The notes: generated by a model not told the origin, from the sequence alone. A stretch of DNA of 64,000 bases from Obrimoposthia wandeli (GCA_977020255.1 CDROCS010003952.1:1-64000), one strand, 5' to 3'. Positions 21,882-32,050 are shown, counted from the stretch's first letter. Made by a program: numbers and translations.

Positions 21882-22643
21882 TTATAAACTTTGTGTATCA
21901 CAGAGTAATTCGGCATAACGTACCATCGGAATATTCATTTCCACTTGCAACAATGCCCCTTTTGCCAGCAATGCTTCTCGGCTTATCAACGGAATGTCGT
22001 TTTTGAATGCGAGTATAATCGTGTTGCCACCTTTTACATCGAGACTAAGAAGTTGGTTGTCAAATTCTAGCGCCAGTAATTCATCTAACGCTTCTCGTAA
22101 TTCAGGCGTCGTATTGCAGATATTGAGGACCAGGACACCCTGTTGGTTGAGTGCATTATTACAATCACGTAAGTAGGTTGCCTGTACTTGCTTCGGCTCC
22201 ATGCCTTGTGAGTTGTATAGATCTGAAAAGATAATATCGCTTTTTATGTCGGTATTTTTCATGTAATTCACCGCATCATCGATATGAATGCTGAGGCGTT
22301 CTGTGTCGGGTAAGTAAAAATACGCTTTTGCGGCTGTCGCCACTGCTTCGCGGTATTCAATTGCGTGCACGTTCAAGGTTGCAAAACTACTGAGCAAGTT
22401 CTTTGCCATTGAGCCCGCGCCCAGTCCCATGACGGTAGCCGTTTTGACTGTGGGGATAAAAAATAAACCCGCCATCATCGCTTGGGTATAATCCAGATGT
22501 AAGCCATTAATGTTATTTAGTTTCATGCAACTTTGATAGATCTTGCCATCAAAACTGAGGATCCGACTGTTCTTGGTTTCGTAAACATAAACTGGGCCGT
22601 GTTCATCTTCTGTTGATGAGATGCAGGTTCCTTTAATATCCAT
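21882..22643 (-). CDS. Spermidine-synthase-like SAM-dependent methyltransferase
   Basis: LHLDYTQAM, GLGAGS, IHIDDA, DIIFSDLY, GVLVLN. Confidence 0.8.
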   Translation of the reverse strand: MDIKGTCISSTEDEHGPVYVYETKNSRILSFDGKIYQSCMKLNNINGLHLDYTQAMMAGLFFIPTVKTATVMGLGAGSMAKNLLSSFATLNVHAIEYREAVATAAKAYFYLPDTERLSIHIDDAVNYMKNTDIKSDIIFSDLYNSQGMEPKQVQATYLRDCNNALNQQGVLVLNICNTTPELREALDELLALEFDNQLLSLDVKGGNTIILAFKNDIPLISREALLAKGALLQVEMNIPMVRYAELLCDTQSL

Positions 22644-22866
22644 GGTCTTTTTAATATCTCTTCAATACGTGAATATAACTGATAGGTCATTATAACGGAA
22701 AACGAGGTAATAGAAGTAATATCGCCATATTTCAATGAATTTAGCTCGAAGGGTGAAGATTAGGTGTTATTTTGTGAGGTGTGTAAAGAGTTGGTGACTT
22801 TAAAAGGCATGAATATAAATGAGTACCTACAATATGTCTATGTAACTCTAATGGGATAGGAATATC

Positions 22867-22968
22867 ATGAGACAATTGTTATTAAACATATTTAAGAAAA
22901 AACGACAATCAGTGTGTTTAAATGAAAGACTGAAATATGCCATGATTGAAAACCCAAAGAGGTCATAA
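22867..22968 (+). CDS. Candidate 33-aa small protein
   Basis: MRQLLLNIFKKKRQSVCLNERLKYAMIENPKRS*; AGGA RBS upstream; hairpin at 23024-23050 downstream. Confidence 0.35.
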   Translation: MRQLLLNIFKKKRQSVCLNERLKYAMIENPKRS

Positions 22969-23053
22969 CCACTATTAACCGGCACGATTCACTTTTATTA
23001 TTAATTGGCATTACTCACCTTAACGGTGACAGCATTACCGACTGTCACCGCGA

Positions 23054-23677
23054 TTAAATAATACGTCTAAACGTCAAGTTAATACGCGGGGTATCAACCT
23101 TAAGCCTTTTTGGTAAAGCATGATGCCAATGCTGCTGGCAGTATCGCATTAACAGTAAATCACCCTGTTCAAGTTCGACTGATACTTGTTCTTTTGTGGC
23201 TTTATGGCGGAATTTGAAACTGCGTGTCGCACCAACACTGACCGATCCTATACAACTTTGGTCCATGTTCGTTTCATCATCACTGTGCCAACCCACGTAA
23301 TCAGTACCGTCACGGTATAAATTACATAACACCGCATTAAACTTTTCGTTATGTATTGCTGTTATTTTATCGGCTAATTGCAAAAGTGAATGAGGCCAGT
23401 CTAAGACTTTATGTGTGACAGCGTTATAGCGATGTTCTCTGTCCGTATACAGACATACCAAGCGTTTTGGTTCTACCCATTGGCCATACATAAACAGTTG
23501 CTGCGTTTCCCAATGAATAAGTGACTGAAGCTCAGACAGATCAAGATCTGTAAAAAAATTAGGATAAAGCCAAGCTTCGCCATCTCGCGGTAGAACTTGT
23601 TCTGGTTCTCGCGTAAATAAGTCTAAATTCATGGGTAATGTCATGTGGGATGCTTGCATATAAGAACATCCCATCAT
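23054..23677 (-). CDS. AlkB-like 2OG-Fe(II) dioxygenase
   Basis: FNAVLCNLYRDG.DYVGWHSDDE, HALPK, RINLTFR. Confidence 0.9.
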   Translation of the reverse strand: MMGCSYMQASHMTLPMNLDLFTREPEQVLPRDGEAWLYPNFFTDLDLSELQSLIHWETQQLFMYGQWVEPKRLVCLYTDREHRYNAVTHKVLDWPHSLLQLADKITAIHNEKFNAVLCNLYRDGTDYVGWHSDDETNMDQSCIGSVSVGATRSFKFRHKATKEQVSVELEQGDLLLMRYCQQHWHHALPKRLKVDTPRINLTFRRII

Positions 23678-23793
23678 ATTAACTAAAATATAATCATGTC
23701 ACAATCTCAATGCTGATTGTTTACGCCATCTTACTTACCGCTAAAAGAGCCTCTGCCATGTGAAGCATTGACTCATGTCGTCAAGCAATGCCA

Positions 23794-25005
23794 TTAACTC
23801 ATGTCATCAACTAGTGTCGTCACCACTTGTGGGTTACTGTGTAATGTTCGATGTACTGGACACCTATCTGCGATCTCCATGAGTCGTGTTTTTTCGGCAT
23901 CACTCAAGGGGCCTAACAGCTGCACTTTACGGATTAATAATTCTATTTTTTGATTAGATTCCGTCACATTACTGGCATCTTTTATATAATCACGCTCGTG
24001 AGATAAAGATACTTCGACATGCTCGAGGGGGATCTTCTTATGATCCGCATACATACGAATTGTCATCGCAGTACAGGCACCTAAAGCAGCCAATAAATGT
24101 TCATAGGGATCGGGCCCTGTATTTTGGCCTCCGACTTGTGTTGGTTCGTCGGCATACCAACTGTGGTGGTCACTAAAAACAGATTGCTGAAATTTATGGT
24201 CGAGTTCCGCTACCGTAATGTGCCCTTTGGTTACTTGGGGGCGGGATATTACCGCGACTGGGATATATCGGCTTGCCCATCCGGAAATCGTTTGCGCAAC
24301 ATATTCACTGTCGATTGATTTTGATAACAGATGATCGGCTGTGTCTAAGCTAACAAAGCTTTTAGGGTGCTTGGCCGCTTTATAGATTTTCTCGGCATCT
24401 GCAATATCGACAGTTAAATCGATGGGAGAATGCAATACCAGCAACGCCTTATTCAGATGCTGTATATGCCCTGTCGTTTGGTTACGCAAATCATCTATAA
24501 ATTGTTTTTTAATCGTAAACTCACGTGGACCCAAACTTACTTTTGCACTGCCGCTTTGTTCTATTGTATCGAGGTGGGCATCAAAGTTGTGTATCACATG
24601 GCTTGCTTCAAACGGAGCGGAAATAGTGACGACTGCTTTTACTTTTGGCAGTTTACCTGCCATCGCTAACACCGCTGCGCCACCGAGACTATGTCCGATT
24701 AATAGTTGTGGTGCATCATAATGCTGTTCAAGAAATTCTGCCGCTGCAAGCAAGTCTTCGGTATTGGATGAAAAATTGGTATTGGCAAAGTCACCGTCAC
24801 TGTTACCCAAGCCGGTGAAGTCAAATCGAAAGACAGCAAAGCCATGTTGCACTAAAAACCGGCTAATTCGCGAGGCGGCTGCCACATCTTTACCACAGGT
24901 AAAACAATGAGCAAATAATACATAGGCTCGTATCGCTTGGTCAGGTGTTTCAAGCAAGCCAGCTAGGTTTTGTCCTTGACTCGGAAATTCTACTTTTGTT
25001 CTCAT
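23794..25005 (-). CDS. Bifunctional alpha/beta-hydrolase / OsmC-domain protein
   Basis: [21 protein letters not shown]; OsmC part [23 protein letters not shown]; ATG 25005 preferred. Confidence 0.9.
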   Translation of the reverse strand: MRTKVEFPSQGQNLAGLLETPDQAIRAYVLFAHCFTCGKDVAAASRISRFLVQHGFAVFRFDFTGLGNSDGDFANTNFSSNTEDLLAAAEFLEQHYDAPQLLIGHSLGGAAVLAMAGKLPKVKAVVTISAPFEASHVIHNFDAHLDTIEQSGSAKVSLGPREFTIKKQFIDDLRNQTTGHIQHLNKALLVLHSPIDLTVDIADAEKIYKAAKHPKSFVSLDTADHLLSKSIDSEYVAQTISGWASRYIPVAVISRPQVTKGHITVAELDHKFQQSVFSDHHSWYADEPTQVGGQNTGPDPYEHLLAALGACTAMTIRMYADHKKIPLEHVEVSLSHERDYIKDASNVTESNQKIELLIRKVQLLGPLSDAEKTRLMEIADRCPVHRTLHSNPQVVTTLVDDMS

Positions 25006-25270
25006 CGATTTGATCCTAGGTTTGTAATAAACATGTCGGATAAAAACCACTTAATGTTTTATCCGTAATTTGAAAGTCATTTATGGTGCTTTCCTATCTG
25101 TAATGTATAAGTAATCGTATCTGTAATGCATAAGTATAGTTGTACTTGCAGCACTATTATTCCTTAAGTTGAAAGACTAATTCATGCCTATTTTTAAAAT
25201 TTGGGAGTGAGAATGCAATAAAAGATAAGTCGTGTTAGTGAGGGCGTTGTGTGAGCGAGGATTATTGAAA

Positions 25271-25307
25271 TAACCAAGCTGCCACATGATTAATGACAGC
25301 TTGGTTA
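25271..25307 (-). terminator. Hairpin after the cus operon
   Basis: TAACCAAGCTG...CAGCTTGGTTA. Confidence 0.6.
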
Positions 25308-25325
25308 CAGGAGGATTAATGGGAA

Positions 25326-26084
25326 TTAGTCACATTTAATACGATATTCTTTATGACTCTTCTTGGTATGTTGCTTAATTTCCTTAAGCACTGTTTTAAC
25401 TTCTTTTTTACCGTTTGCTGTTTGTAATTGGGTAAACAGATCGGTTAATTTTTCAATGCCTTGCTGATACCCCTGATGCTGCATGTGAGTTTTGTGGTCC
25501 ATGCCGGGCATGTTTTCCATTTGGCTATGATCCATCGCTGGCATATTTTTATTCATGGCTGACATGTCGTGATCCATCGCCGCCATATCGTGATTCATAG
25601 CTGGCATGTCTTTATTCATCGCGGACATGTCATGATCCATAGCAGGCATATCCTTCTTCATGCCTGCCATGTCATGATTCATCGCAGGCATATCCTTCTT
25701 CATGCCAGCCATGTCATGATTCATAGCAGGCATATCCTTCTTCATGCCAGTCATGTCATGATTCATCGCAGGCATGTCCTTCTTCATGTCAGCCATGTCA
25801 TGATTCATCGCAGGCATGTCGTGATTCTTCAGCTTTACCGGAACCTCATTTTTTGCCTTCATTGAATTGGCAAGTAACTTAGTTACCTGAGCTTGCATGG
25901 CCGTGGCATCATTACGTTTAAATGCCGCGACATAGGATTTTAAGTCGTCATTCATCTCTTTCATCATGCCGCTTAACACGGTATCTTCACAGTGCGTTTC
26001 GCCATCATGTGCGAATACTGGCAGACTGAGTGCGGCAGACAGTACTAGCGATCCTGCTATCGTTTTTGTCATTTTGTTTAACAT
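25326..26084 (-). CDS. Secreted cytochrome b562-like four-helix protein with inserted Met/His heptad-repeat array
   Basis: Signal peptide VFA|H; LSGMMKEMNDDLK, EVPVKL, YQQGIEKL, KKSHKEYR resemble b562 segments; last gene of the cusCBA operon. Confidence 0.7.
   Translation of the reverse strand: MLNKMTKTIAGSLVLSAALSLPVFAHDGETHCEDTVLSGMMKEMNDDLKSYVAAFKRNDATAMQAQVTKLLANSMKAKNEVPVKLKNHDMPAMNHDMADMKKDMPAMNHDMTGMKKDMPAMNHDMAGMKKDMPAMNHDMAGMKKDMPAMDHDMSAMNKDMPAMNHDMAAMDHDMSAMNKNMPAMDHSQMENMPGMDHKTHMQHQGYQQGIEKLTDLFTQLQTANGKKEVKTVLKEIKQHTKKSHKEYRIKCD
25530..25823 (-). repeat. 14 tandem 21-bp units encoding [H/K]DMxxM[N/K/D] with a 42-bp higher-order period
   Basis: aa 88-185: HDMPAMN HDMADMK KDMPAMN HDMTGMK ... 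KNMPAMD. Confidence 0.95.
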
Positions 26085-26113
26085 GGTACATTCCTTTTTA
26101 TAATTGTTAATTG

Positions 26114-29100
26114 TTAATTGTCTGTTGTTAATTTTTTATTCGAGGCTGCGGTACTGTCATCTTCCTCGGTCATGATCGATTTCAAGCTGAACTGTTTCCA
26201 CAGGTAGAACATGGCCGGTAGTACCAATAAGGTTAGCACTAATGCTGAAGCCATACCGCCAATCATTGGCGCGGCAATACGTTGCATCACTTGTGAGCCA
26301 GTACCTTCACCAAACATGATGGGCACAAGACCGATGATGACAGTGGCAACGGTCATCATTACCGGACGTACCCGCAAACCAGCCCCTTCCATTATCGCTT
26401 GACGTAATTTTGCTCTGGTTAGTTGCCCAGCTGCAATGGCAGCATCGAGAGATTGATTTAAATAAACCAACATGATAACCCCAATTTCAACGGCAACACC
26501 AGCGAGGGCGATGAAGCCAACGCCGACGGCAATCGAAAAATTATAGTTGAGCAAGTAAAGTAACCAGATACCACCGATCATCGCCAGCGGTAAAGTACCT
26601 AAAATCAGTAATACTTCACCGACACGTCGAAATGCCAAATACAGCAGTAAGACGATAATACTGAGTGTTGCAGGGATCACCACTGTTAAGGTGTCTTTAG
26701 CGCGCTGCATATATTCATATTGACCAGACCAAGTAATTGAATAACCCGCAGGTAAGTCGAGCTGTTCAGCCACGGCCTGTTGCGCGTCCAGCACATAAGA
26801 ACCAAGATCACGGCCAGCGATATCAACATAAATCCAGCCATTGGGGCGGGCATTTTCAGTTTTTATCATCGGTGCGCCATCTTCGACATAAACGTTGGCT
26901 ACATCGCTTAATGCAATACGAGCACCTTGCGGTGTAATTATCGGCAGCAACTTCATTTGCTCTATACTATCGCGATACGCTTGCGGATAACGCACATTAA
27001 CAGGATAACGCTCTAAGCCTTCAATGGTTTGGGTGACATTCATCCCGCCAACTGCGGTGGATACTACGGCTTGCACATCAGCAATGTTAAGACCATAACG
27101 TGCAGCTTTTGCCCGCTGTATATCGACCTTAACATAACGACCACCGGCGACTCGCTCAGCATAAGCAGAGGTTGTACCTTCAACGTTAAGCAATATTTTT
27201 TCTATGTCTTTACCAATTTTTTCTATTTCAGCTAGTTTCTCACCTGCTACCTTAATACCGATAGGGGTTTTGATACCTGTGGCTAACATGTCGGTACGTG
27301 TTTTGATTGGCATTACCCAGGCGTTTGTGACACCAGGGAACTTGATCAATGAGTCTAATTCTTCGCGTAAACCTGCAGATGTCATGCCGTCTCGCCACTG
27401 ATCTTTGGGTTTTAAACTGATGAAGGTTTCTATCATCGTTAATGGCGCGGCGTCTGTTGCTGTTTCTGCACGTCCAGCTTTGCCCCAAACACGTTCTACT
27501 TCAGGCACTGTTTTGATCAATTTATTGGTTTGTTGCAGCAATTCTCTGGCTTTACCGATACTGATCCCCGGATAGGTAGTCGGCATGTACATTAGGTCAC
27601 CTTCATCAAGAGGTGGAATAAATTCACTGCCGATCTTGTTTACCGGATAAAAACCGACCGCAAGTAAACCCGCAACCAGAAATAACATCAGCAAGGGGGC
27701 TTTTAAACTGAATTTTAATAGCGGTCGATACAGGGCAATAAGACCACGATTAATCGGATTTTTGTGTTCTGGTAGTACCTTACCGCGAATGAAGTAACCC
27801 ATCAGAATCGGCACTAACGTAACAGCGAGTCCGGCAGCCGCTGCCATTGAATAAGTTTTGGTAAAGGCGAGGGGAGAAAACATCTTGCCTTCTTGTCCTT
27901 GCAGTGCAAATACTGGCACGAAACTGAAGGTAATGATCAGCAGCGAAAAGAACAGTGCTGGACCGACTTCGGATGCAGCTTTGCTGATCACCTGCCAACG
28001 ATTTTCATCCGTCAACGGTGTTTTTTCCATGTGTTTATGCACATTTTCAACCATCACGATAGCACCGTCGACCATAGCACCAATGGCGATAGCGATACCG
28101 CCTAATGACATGATGTTGGCATTAATACCCTGCCAAGACATGACGATAAACGCCACCAAAATACCAACGGGTAAACTGACTAATACCACGAGCGAACTGC
28201 GAATGTGGAACAGAAATACTGCGCACACGACAATCACCACAAGAAACTCTTCAAATAGTTTTTCGTAGAGGTTTTCTACGGCATTATCAATCAGGGTAGA
28301 ACGATCGTAAGTCGGAACAATTTCAACACCTTCCGGTAATGATCCCTGCAACGTTTTAAGTTTAGCCTTGACGGCTGCAATGACATCACGGGCATTTTCG
28401 CTGTAACGCATGACGATGATACCGCCAACAACTTCACCTTCACCATTAAGCTCCGATACACCACGGCGCATTTGCGGTCCGGTGACTATGTCTGCCACAT
28501 CACCGAGTAATAATGGCGTGCCAGTTGGACTCAGTTTTAGCGGGATGTTTTTCAGGTCATCAATCGAACTGATATAACCATTGGCGCGTACCATATATTC
28601 CGCTTCAGCCATTTCGATTACACTGGCACCAGCTTCTTGGTTGCCCTGTTGTATCGCTTTACTAATGGCAGACAATGGAATTTGGTAACTGCTTAATTTA
28701 TCTGGGTCAACACTGATCTGATATTGTTTGACCATGCCGCCGACCGTCGCCACTTCCGATACACCCGGTACGGTTTGCAGTTCATACTTTAAGAACCAAT
28801 CTTGTAAACTGCGTAATTCGCTAAGGTCATGATTACCGCTGGTATCGGTTAACGCATAGGAATAGACCCAGCCGACGCCTGTTGCATCGGGTCCTAATGC
28901 TGGTTTGGCTGTGCTAGGCAGATTCGGGGTTACCTGAGAAAGGTATTCAAGTACTCGAGACCGAGCCCAGTACATATCAGTACCATCTTCAAAAATGACA
29001 TAAACATAAGAGTCGCCAAAGAAGGAGAAACCACGCACTGTTTTTGCTCCAGGTACTGACAGCATCGCGGTCGTTAGCGGGTAGGTGACTTGGTCTTCAA

Positions 29101-29281
29101 CTACTTGTGGCGCTTGCCCTGGATAACTGGTTTTAATGATCACCTGTACATCAGAGAGATCTGGGATCGCGTCGATCGGGGTATTTTTGACTACAAAGCT
29201 GCCGTAGACAATAATAATAAAGGTCGCTAACAAGACTAGCATCCGATTGTGGATCGACCATTCAATAATGCGTTTGATCAT
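26114..29281 (-). CDS. cusA: Cu(I)/Ag(I) RND efflux permease
   Basis: IDAIPDLSDVQVIIKTSYPGQAP, DLMYMPTT, WVMPIK, MSLGGIAIAIGAMVDGAIVMVEN. Confidence 0.97.
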   Translation of the reverse strand: MIKRIIEWSIHNRMLVLLATFIIIVYGSFVVKNTPIDAIPDLSDVQVIIKTSYPGQAPQVVEDQVTYPLTTAMLSVPGAKTVRGFSFFGDSYVYVIFEDGTDMYWARSRVLEYLSQVTPNLPSTAKPALGPDATGVGWVYSYALTDTSGNHDLSELRSLQDWFLKYELQTVPGVSEVATVGGMVKQYQISVDPDKLSSYQIPLSAISKAIQQGNQEAGASVIEMAEAEYMVRANGYISSIDDLKNIPLKLSPTGTPLLLGDVADIVTGPQMRRGVSELNGEGEVVGGIIVMRYSENARDVIAAVKAKLKTLQGSLPEGVEIVPTYDRSTLIDNAVENLYEKLFEEFLVVIVVCAVFLFHIRSSLVVLVSLPVGILVAFIVMSWQGINANIMSLGGIAIAIGAMVDGAIVMVENVHKHMEKTPLTDENRWQVISKAASEVGPALFFSLLIITFSFVPVFALQGQEGKMFSPLAFTKTYSMAAAAGLAVTLVPILMGYFIRGKVLPEHKNPINRGLIALYRPLLKFSLKAPLLMLFLVAGLLAVGFYPVNKIGSEFIPPLDEGDLMYMPTTYPGISIGKARELLQQTNKLIKTVPEVERVWGKAGRAETATDAAPLTMIETFISLKPKDQWRDGMTSAGLREELDSLIKFPGVTNAWVMPIKTRTDMLATGIKTPIGIKVAGEKLAEIEKIGKDIEKILLNVEGTTSAYAERVAGGRYVKVDIQRAKAARYGLNIADVQAVVSTAVGGMNVTQTIEGLERYPVNVRYPQAYRDSIEQMKLLPIITPQGARIALSDVANVYVEDGAPMIKTENARPNGWIYVDIAGRDLGSYVLDAQQAVAEQLDLPAGYSITWSGQYEYMQRAKDTLTVVIPATLSIIVLLLYLAFRRVGEVLLILGTLPLAMIGGIWLLYLLNYNFSIAVGVGFIALAGVAVEIGVIMLVYLNQSLDAAIAAGQLTRAKLRQAIMEGAGLRVRPVMMTVATVIIGLVPIMFGEGTGSQVMQRIAAPMIGGMASALVLTLLVLPAMFYLWKQFSLKSIMTEEDDSTAASNKKLTTDN

Positions 29282-30747
29282 TACATGTCACCTTCTACGT
29301 CGTCATCATCAAAGTCTAACCAATCTAGCGCGTCATCACTCTCTGTCTGATCCATTGTCGAATGATCCATAGCCATAGCCATTGCTGGTTGCTGTGGGGA
29401 TTGTTGTTGCGAAGAGACCGGATCGATACGATTAAAGTCTGCTGTTAAGCTCGATTCGGAATCAATCAGGAATTGAGCACTGGTCACGACCTTATTTCCC
29501 GCGGTTAAACCCGTTATTACTTCAACATAACCCGCTGATTCTCTTCCTATCGTAACCCTGACAGATTGATATTGACCGTCGCCTTTGGCAAGTACTATCC
29601 GATCAAAATTGCCAGCACGGATCACGGCTTCGCGAGGTACCTGTAAGCTGGTGGACTGAGTTTGACTGAGCAATTTCAGCTTGGCGAACATATTAGGTTT
29701 TAACTGTTTATCTTCATTACTAAATTTAACACGGACTTTCAGTGTTCGAGTCGCTGCGTTTAATTCTGGATAGATGTAATCAACCTCGCCATGCCAAGTT
29801 CTGCCTGGGAAGCTATCAAGTTGCATTTCACCCTTATCGCCGACTTGTACTAAACCTGCTTGCGATTCAAATACTTCAGCTTGCAGCCAGATCTCATCTA
29901 ACTGTCCCGCTTCGATGATCTGTGCGGCTGGTGTGATGTAAGCGCCTTCACGTACGCCTAACTTGGTAATAAAACCAGACTCAGGTGCGAAGACCGTGAC
30001 ATTCTGTTTGGCTTTGCGCTTGCTGCTAATCTGACGGATCTGTTCTTTACTGATACCGAGTGCAGACAAACGGTTTTTTGATGATGAAATTAAGGTTTTA
30101 TTGCCGATACGTAATGCATTGAGCAACTCTTCTTGGGCTTTAACTAATTCAGGGGAATAAAGTGATAGTAGTTTTTGGCCCTTCGTTACTTGCTCTCCTT
30201 CTTCTTTGATGTAGAGCTTTTCTATCCAACCAGATACACGGCTATTAATTTGCCATAGCGTATGTTGATTAAACTCGAGCAGACCCACGGTATTGATTTG
30301 TGGGATGAAGGGACGCTGGCTGACGGTTTGAGTGCGCACGCCTAAGTTGTTTTCTACGCGTGGAGAAATGGTGACTAACCCTGCATCACTTGCAGCTGCA
30401 GATGATTCGCCGTAGACAGGGACGAGATCCATGCCCATCGGTGATTTACCGGGCTCATCGCGACGATAATTGGCATCCATCGGAGCGACCCAATACAGCG
30501 GTTCTTTCTCTGCTGACGCTGACACTGGAACATCGGGATAAACTGGCACGAGATCCATGCCCATCGGTGATTTACCGGGTTCATCACGGCGATAGTTAGC
30601 GTCCATTGGTGCTACCCAATAAAGTGGTGTTAGTTCCGCGGCTTTAGCCGTACTATTTGTTAAGTTATCAGCTTGATAATTTGTAAACCAAACGCCTGCG
30701 GTCAACCCGAGGGCAAGAGTAATTGAACTTGCTATGATTGTTTTCAT
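29281..30747 (-). CDS. cusB: RND membrane-fusion protein with two N-terminal heavy-metal-binding repeats
   Basis: Two identical PLYWVAPMDANYRRDEPGKSPMGMDLVPVY units; MFP core; TAATG overlap with the cusA start. Confidence 0.93.
   Translation of the reverse strand: MKTIIASSITLALGLTAGVWFTNYQADNLTNSTAKAAELTPLYWVAPMDANYRRDEPGKSPMGMDLVPVYPDVPVSASAEKEPLYWVAPMDANYRRDEPGKSPMGMDLVPVYGESSAAASDAGLVTISPRVENNLGVRTQTVSQRPFIPQINTVGLLEFNQHTLWQINSRVSGWIEKLYIKEEGEQVTKGQKLLSLYSPELVKAQEELLNALRIGNKTLISSSKNRLSALGISKEQIRQISSKRKAKQNVTVFAPESGFITKLGVREGAYITPAAQIIEAGQLDEIWLQAEVFESQAGLVQVGDKGEMQLDSFPGRTWHGEVDYIYPELNAATRTLKVRVKFSNEDKQLKPNMFAKLKLLSQTQSTSLQVPREAVIRAGNFDRIVLAKGDGQYQSVRVTIGRESAGYVEVITGLTAGNKVVTSAQFLIDSESSLTADFNRIDPVSSQQQSPQQPAMAMAMDHSTMDQTESDDALDWLDFDDDDVEGDM
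30412..30627 (-). repeat. Duplicated 90-bp metal-binding module in cusB (30538-30627 and 30412-30501)
   Basis: Protein-identical; 15 of 30 codons differ, all synonymously. Confidence 0.92.
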
Positions 30748-30755
30748 GTCGACCT

Positions 30756-32012
30756 CTATAATGCTTGAAAATAACGAATGCGCGCTAATGTTTTTAGACC
30801 CTGGAAATGCAACTGATGATATTCAAGCTCTAGGGCCTGCTCATCCATAAACGCCTTAATTACCTGCTCAAAGCTATTGGTATTGAGCTGATAACCTTGT
30901 AAAGATGCTTCGGTATTACGTTTAGCATGAGGAAGTAGGGTGTCTTGATAGCGTTGTAATCGAGATTCCGTATTCAGGAAATTAGCGATAGCACCGTTTA
31001 AAATGCCATTGAATTTAATCAACAGCAGATCTTTCTCGGCTTTTTTAATGCCCTTGCCCTGTGTGGCAGCGATGACAACTTGGTCTTGGCGATTACCGGT
31101 AAACAAGGGGATATTCATGGTGACAGAACCACTGAGTAAATCACTGCGCGCGGATCCTGTTGTCATGTCTAATGCTTCTCGGTGGCCGTAACCCACATCG
31201 ACTTTAAAGGCCGGTTTATACGATTCATTGGCTATTTCGATGGTGTTTTCAGCTACATCAATTGCTTGCTGCGCGGCGAGTACTTGGGGATGGTTTGCGA
31301 GCAATTTATAATGCACAACTTGACCTTGCTTGGCATAATCACGGCTTGCTTGCCACTCTGGAATTTGTGGATCAAGTTGGCCGAAAGCTTGTGAACCAAT
31401 CCAAGAAAGCAACTGGCCACGTAATGCTTGTTCTTGTTGGGCGAAGGCTGCAATTCTATCGTCGAATTTAGCCAATTCGAGTTCGGCATTAATAAGGTCT
31501 TGATTTTGCTTGTAACCAAGCTCAAATTGACGGTAGAGGTTATCTACATTCAACTTAAATAAGGCTTGGTTTTTTTGCAAAATTTCTTGAGCAAGTTTGG
31601 TAAAGCGAATATCAAACCAAAGTTCTCTGATCTTTAGTTTTAGCTCTGCTTGACGGTTAGCTGACAGCAGTACGCTTTGCTGCGCTTGCAGGTTGAAATT
31701 GTTGGCGTTTAACGTGAGTGTATCGCCGCGAGAAAATTGTTGTGACATACCAATACTAAACTGCGTCATCGGATCGTCAGTTAACGAGAAGCTGTCTATT
31801 GGTACATTCGCTAAGCCGAGTTTTATCATCGGATCAGTCAGTTGTGATGAACTGATCGCTTGCGCTTTAAACCGGGTCTGCTGAGCAGTGTAGATCTGGG
31901 CTGTTGGATCGCTTTGCAGGGCGAAGTTTTCCGCTGCAGATAGCGTTAACAGCTGAGCATTAACATTAAATGTAAATAACGTTAATAGCCCAAAATAAAT
32001 TTTGGATGGCAT
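30756..32012 (-). CDS. cusC: TolC-family outer-membrane factor of the Cus system
   Basis: Signal peptide; DPMIKLGLANVPIDSFS..DPMTQ..GMSQQF; position upstream of cusB. Confidence 0.85.
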   Translation of the reverse strand: MPSKIYFGLLTLFTFNVNAQLLTLSAAENFALQSDPTAQIYTAQQTRFKAQAISSSQLTDPMIKLGLANVPIDSFSLTDDPMTQFSIGMSQQFSRGDTLTLNANNFNLQAQQSVLLSANRQAELKLKIRELWFDIRFTKLAQEILQKNQALFKLNVDNLYRQFELGYKQNQDLINAELELAKFDDRIAAFAQQEQALRGQLLSWIGSQAFGQLDPQIPEWQASRDYAKQGQVVHYKLLANHPQVLAAQQAIDVAENTIEIANESYKPAFKVDVGYGHREALDMTTGSARSDLLSGSVTMNIPLFTGNRQDQVVIAATQGKGIKKAEKDLLLIKFNGILNGAIANFLNTESRLQRYQDTLLPHAKRNTEASLQGYQLNTNSFEQVIKAFMDEQALELEYHQLHFQGLKTLARIRYFQAL

Positions 32013-32050
32013 TTTTATTCCTTATTAATTGATTTTTAAAATAATTAAAA

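Noticed and set aside
25530-25823. CRISPR or non-coding repeat
   Set aside because: In-frame coding repeat inside a CDS with signal peptide.
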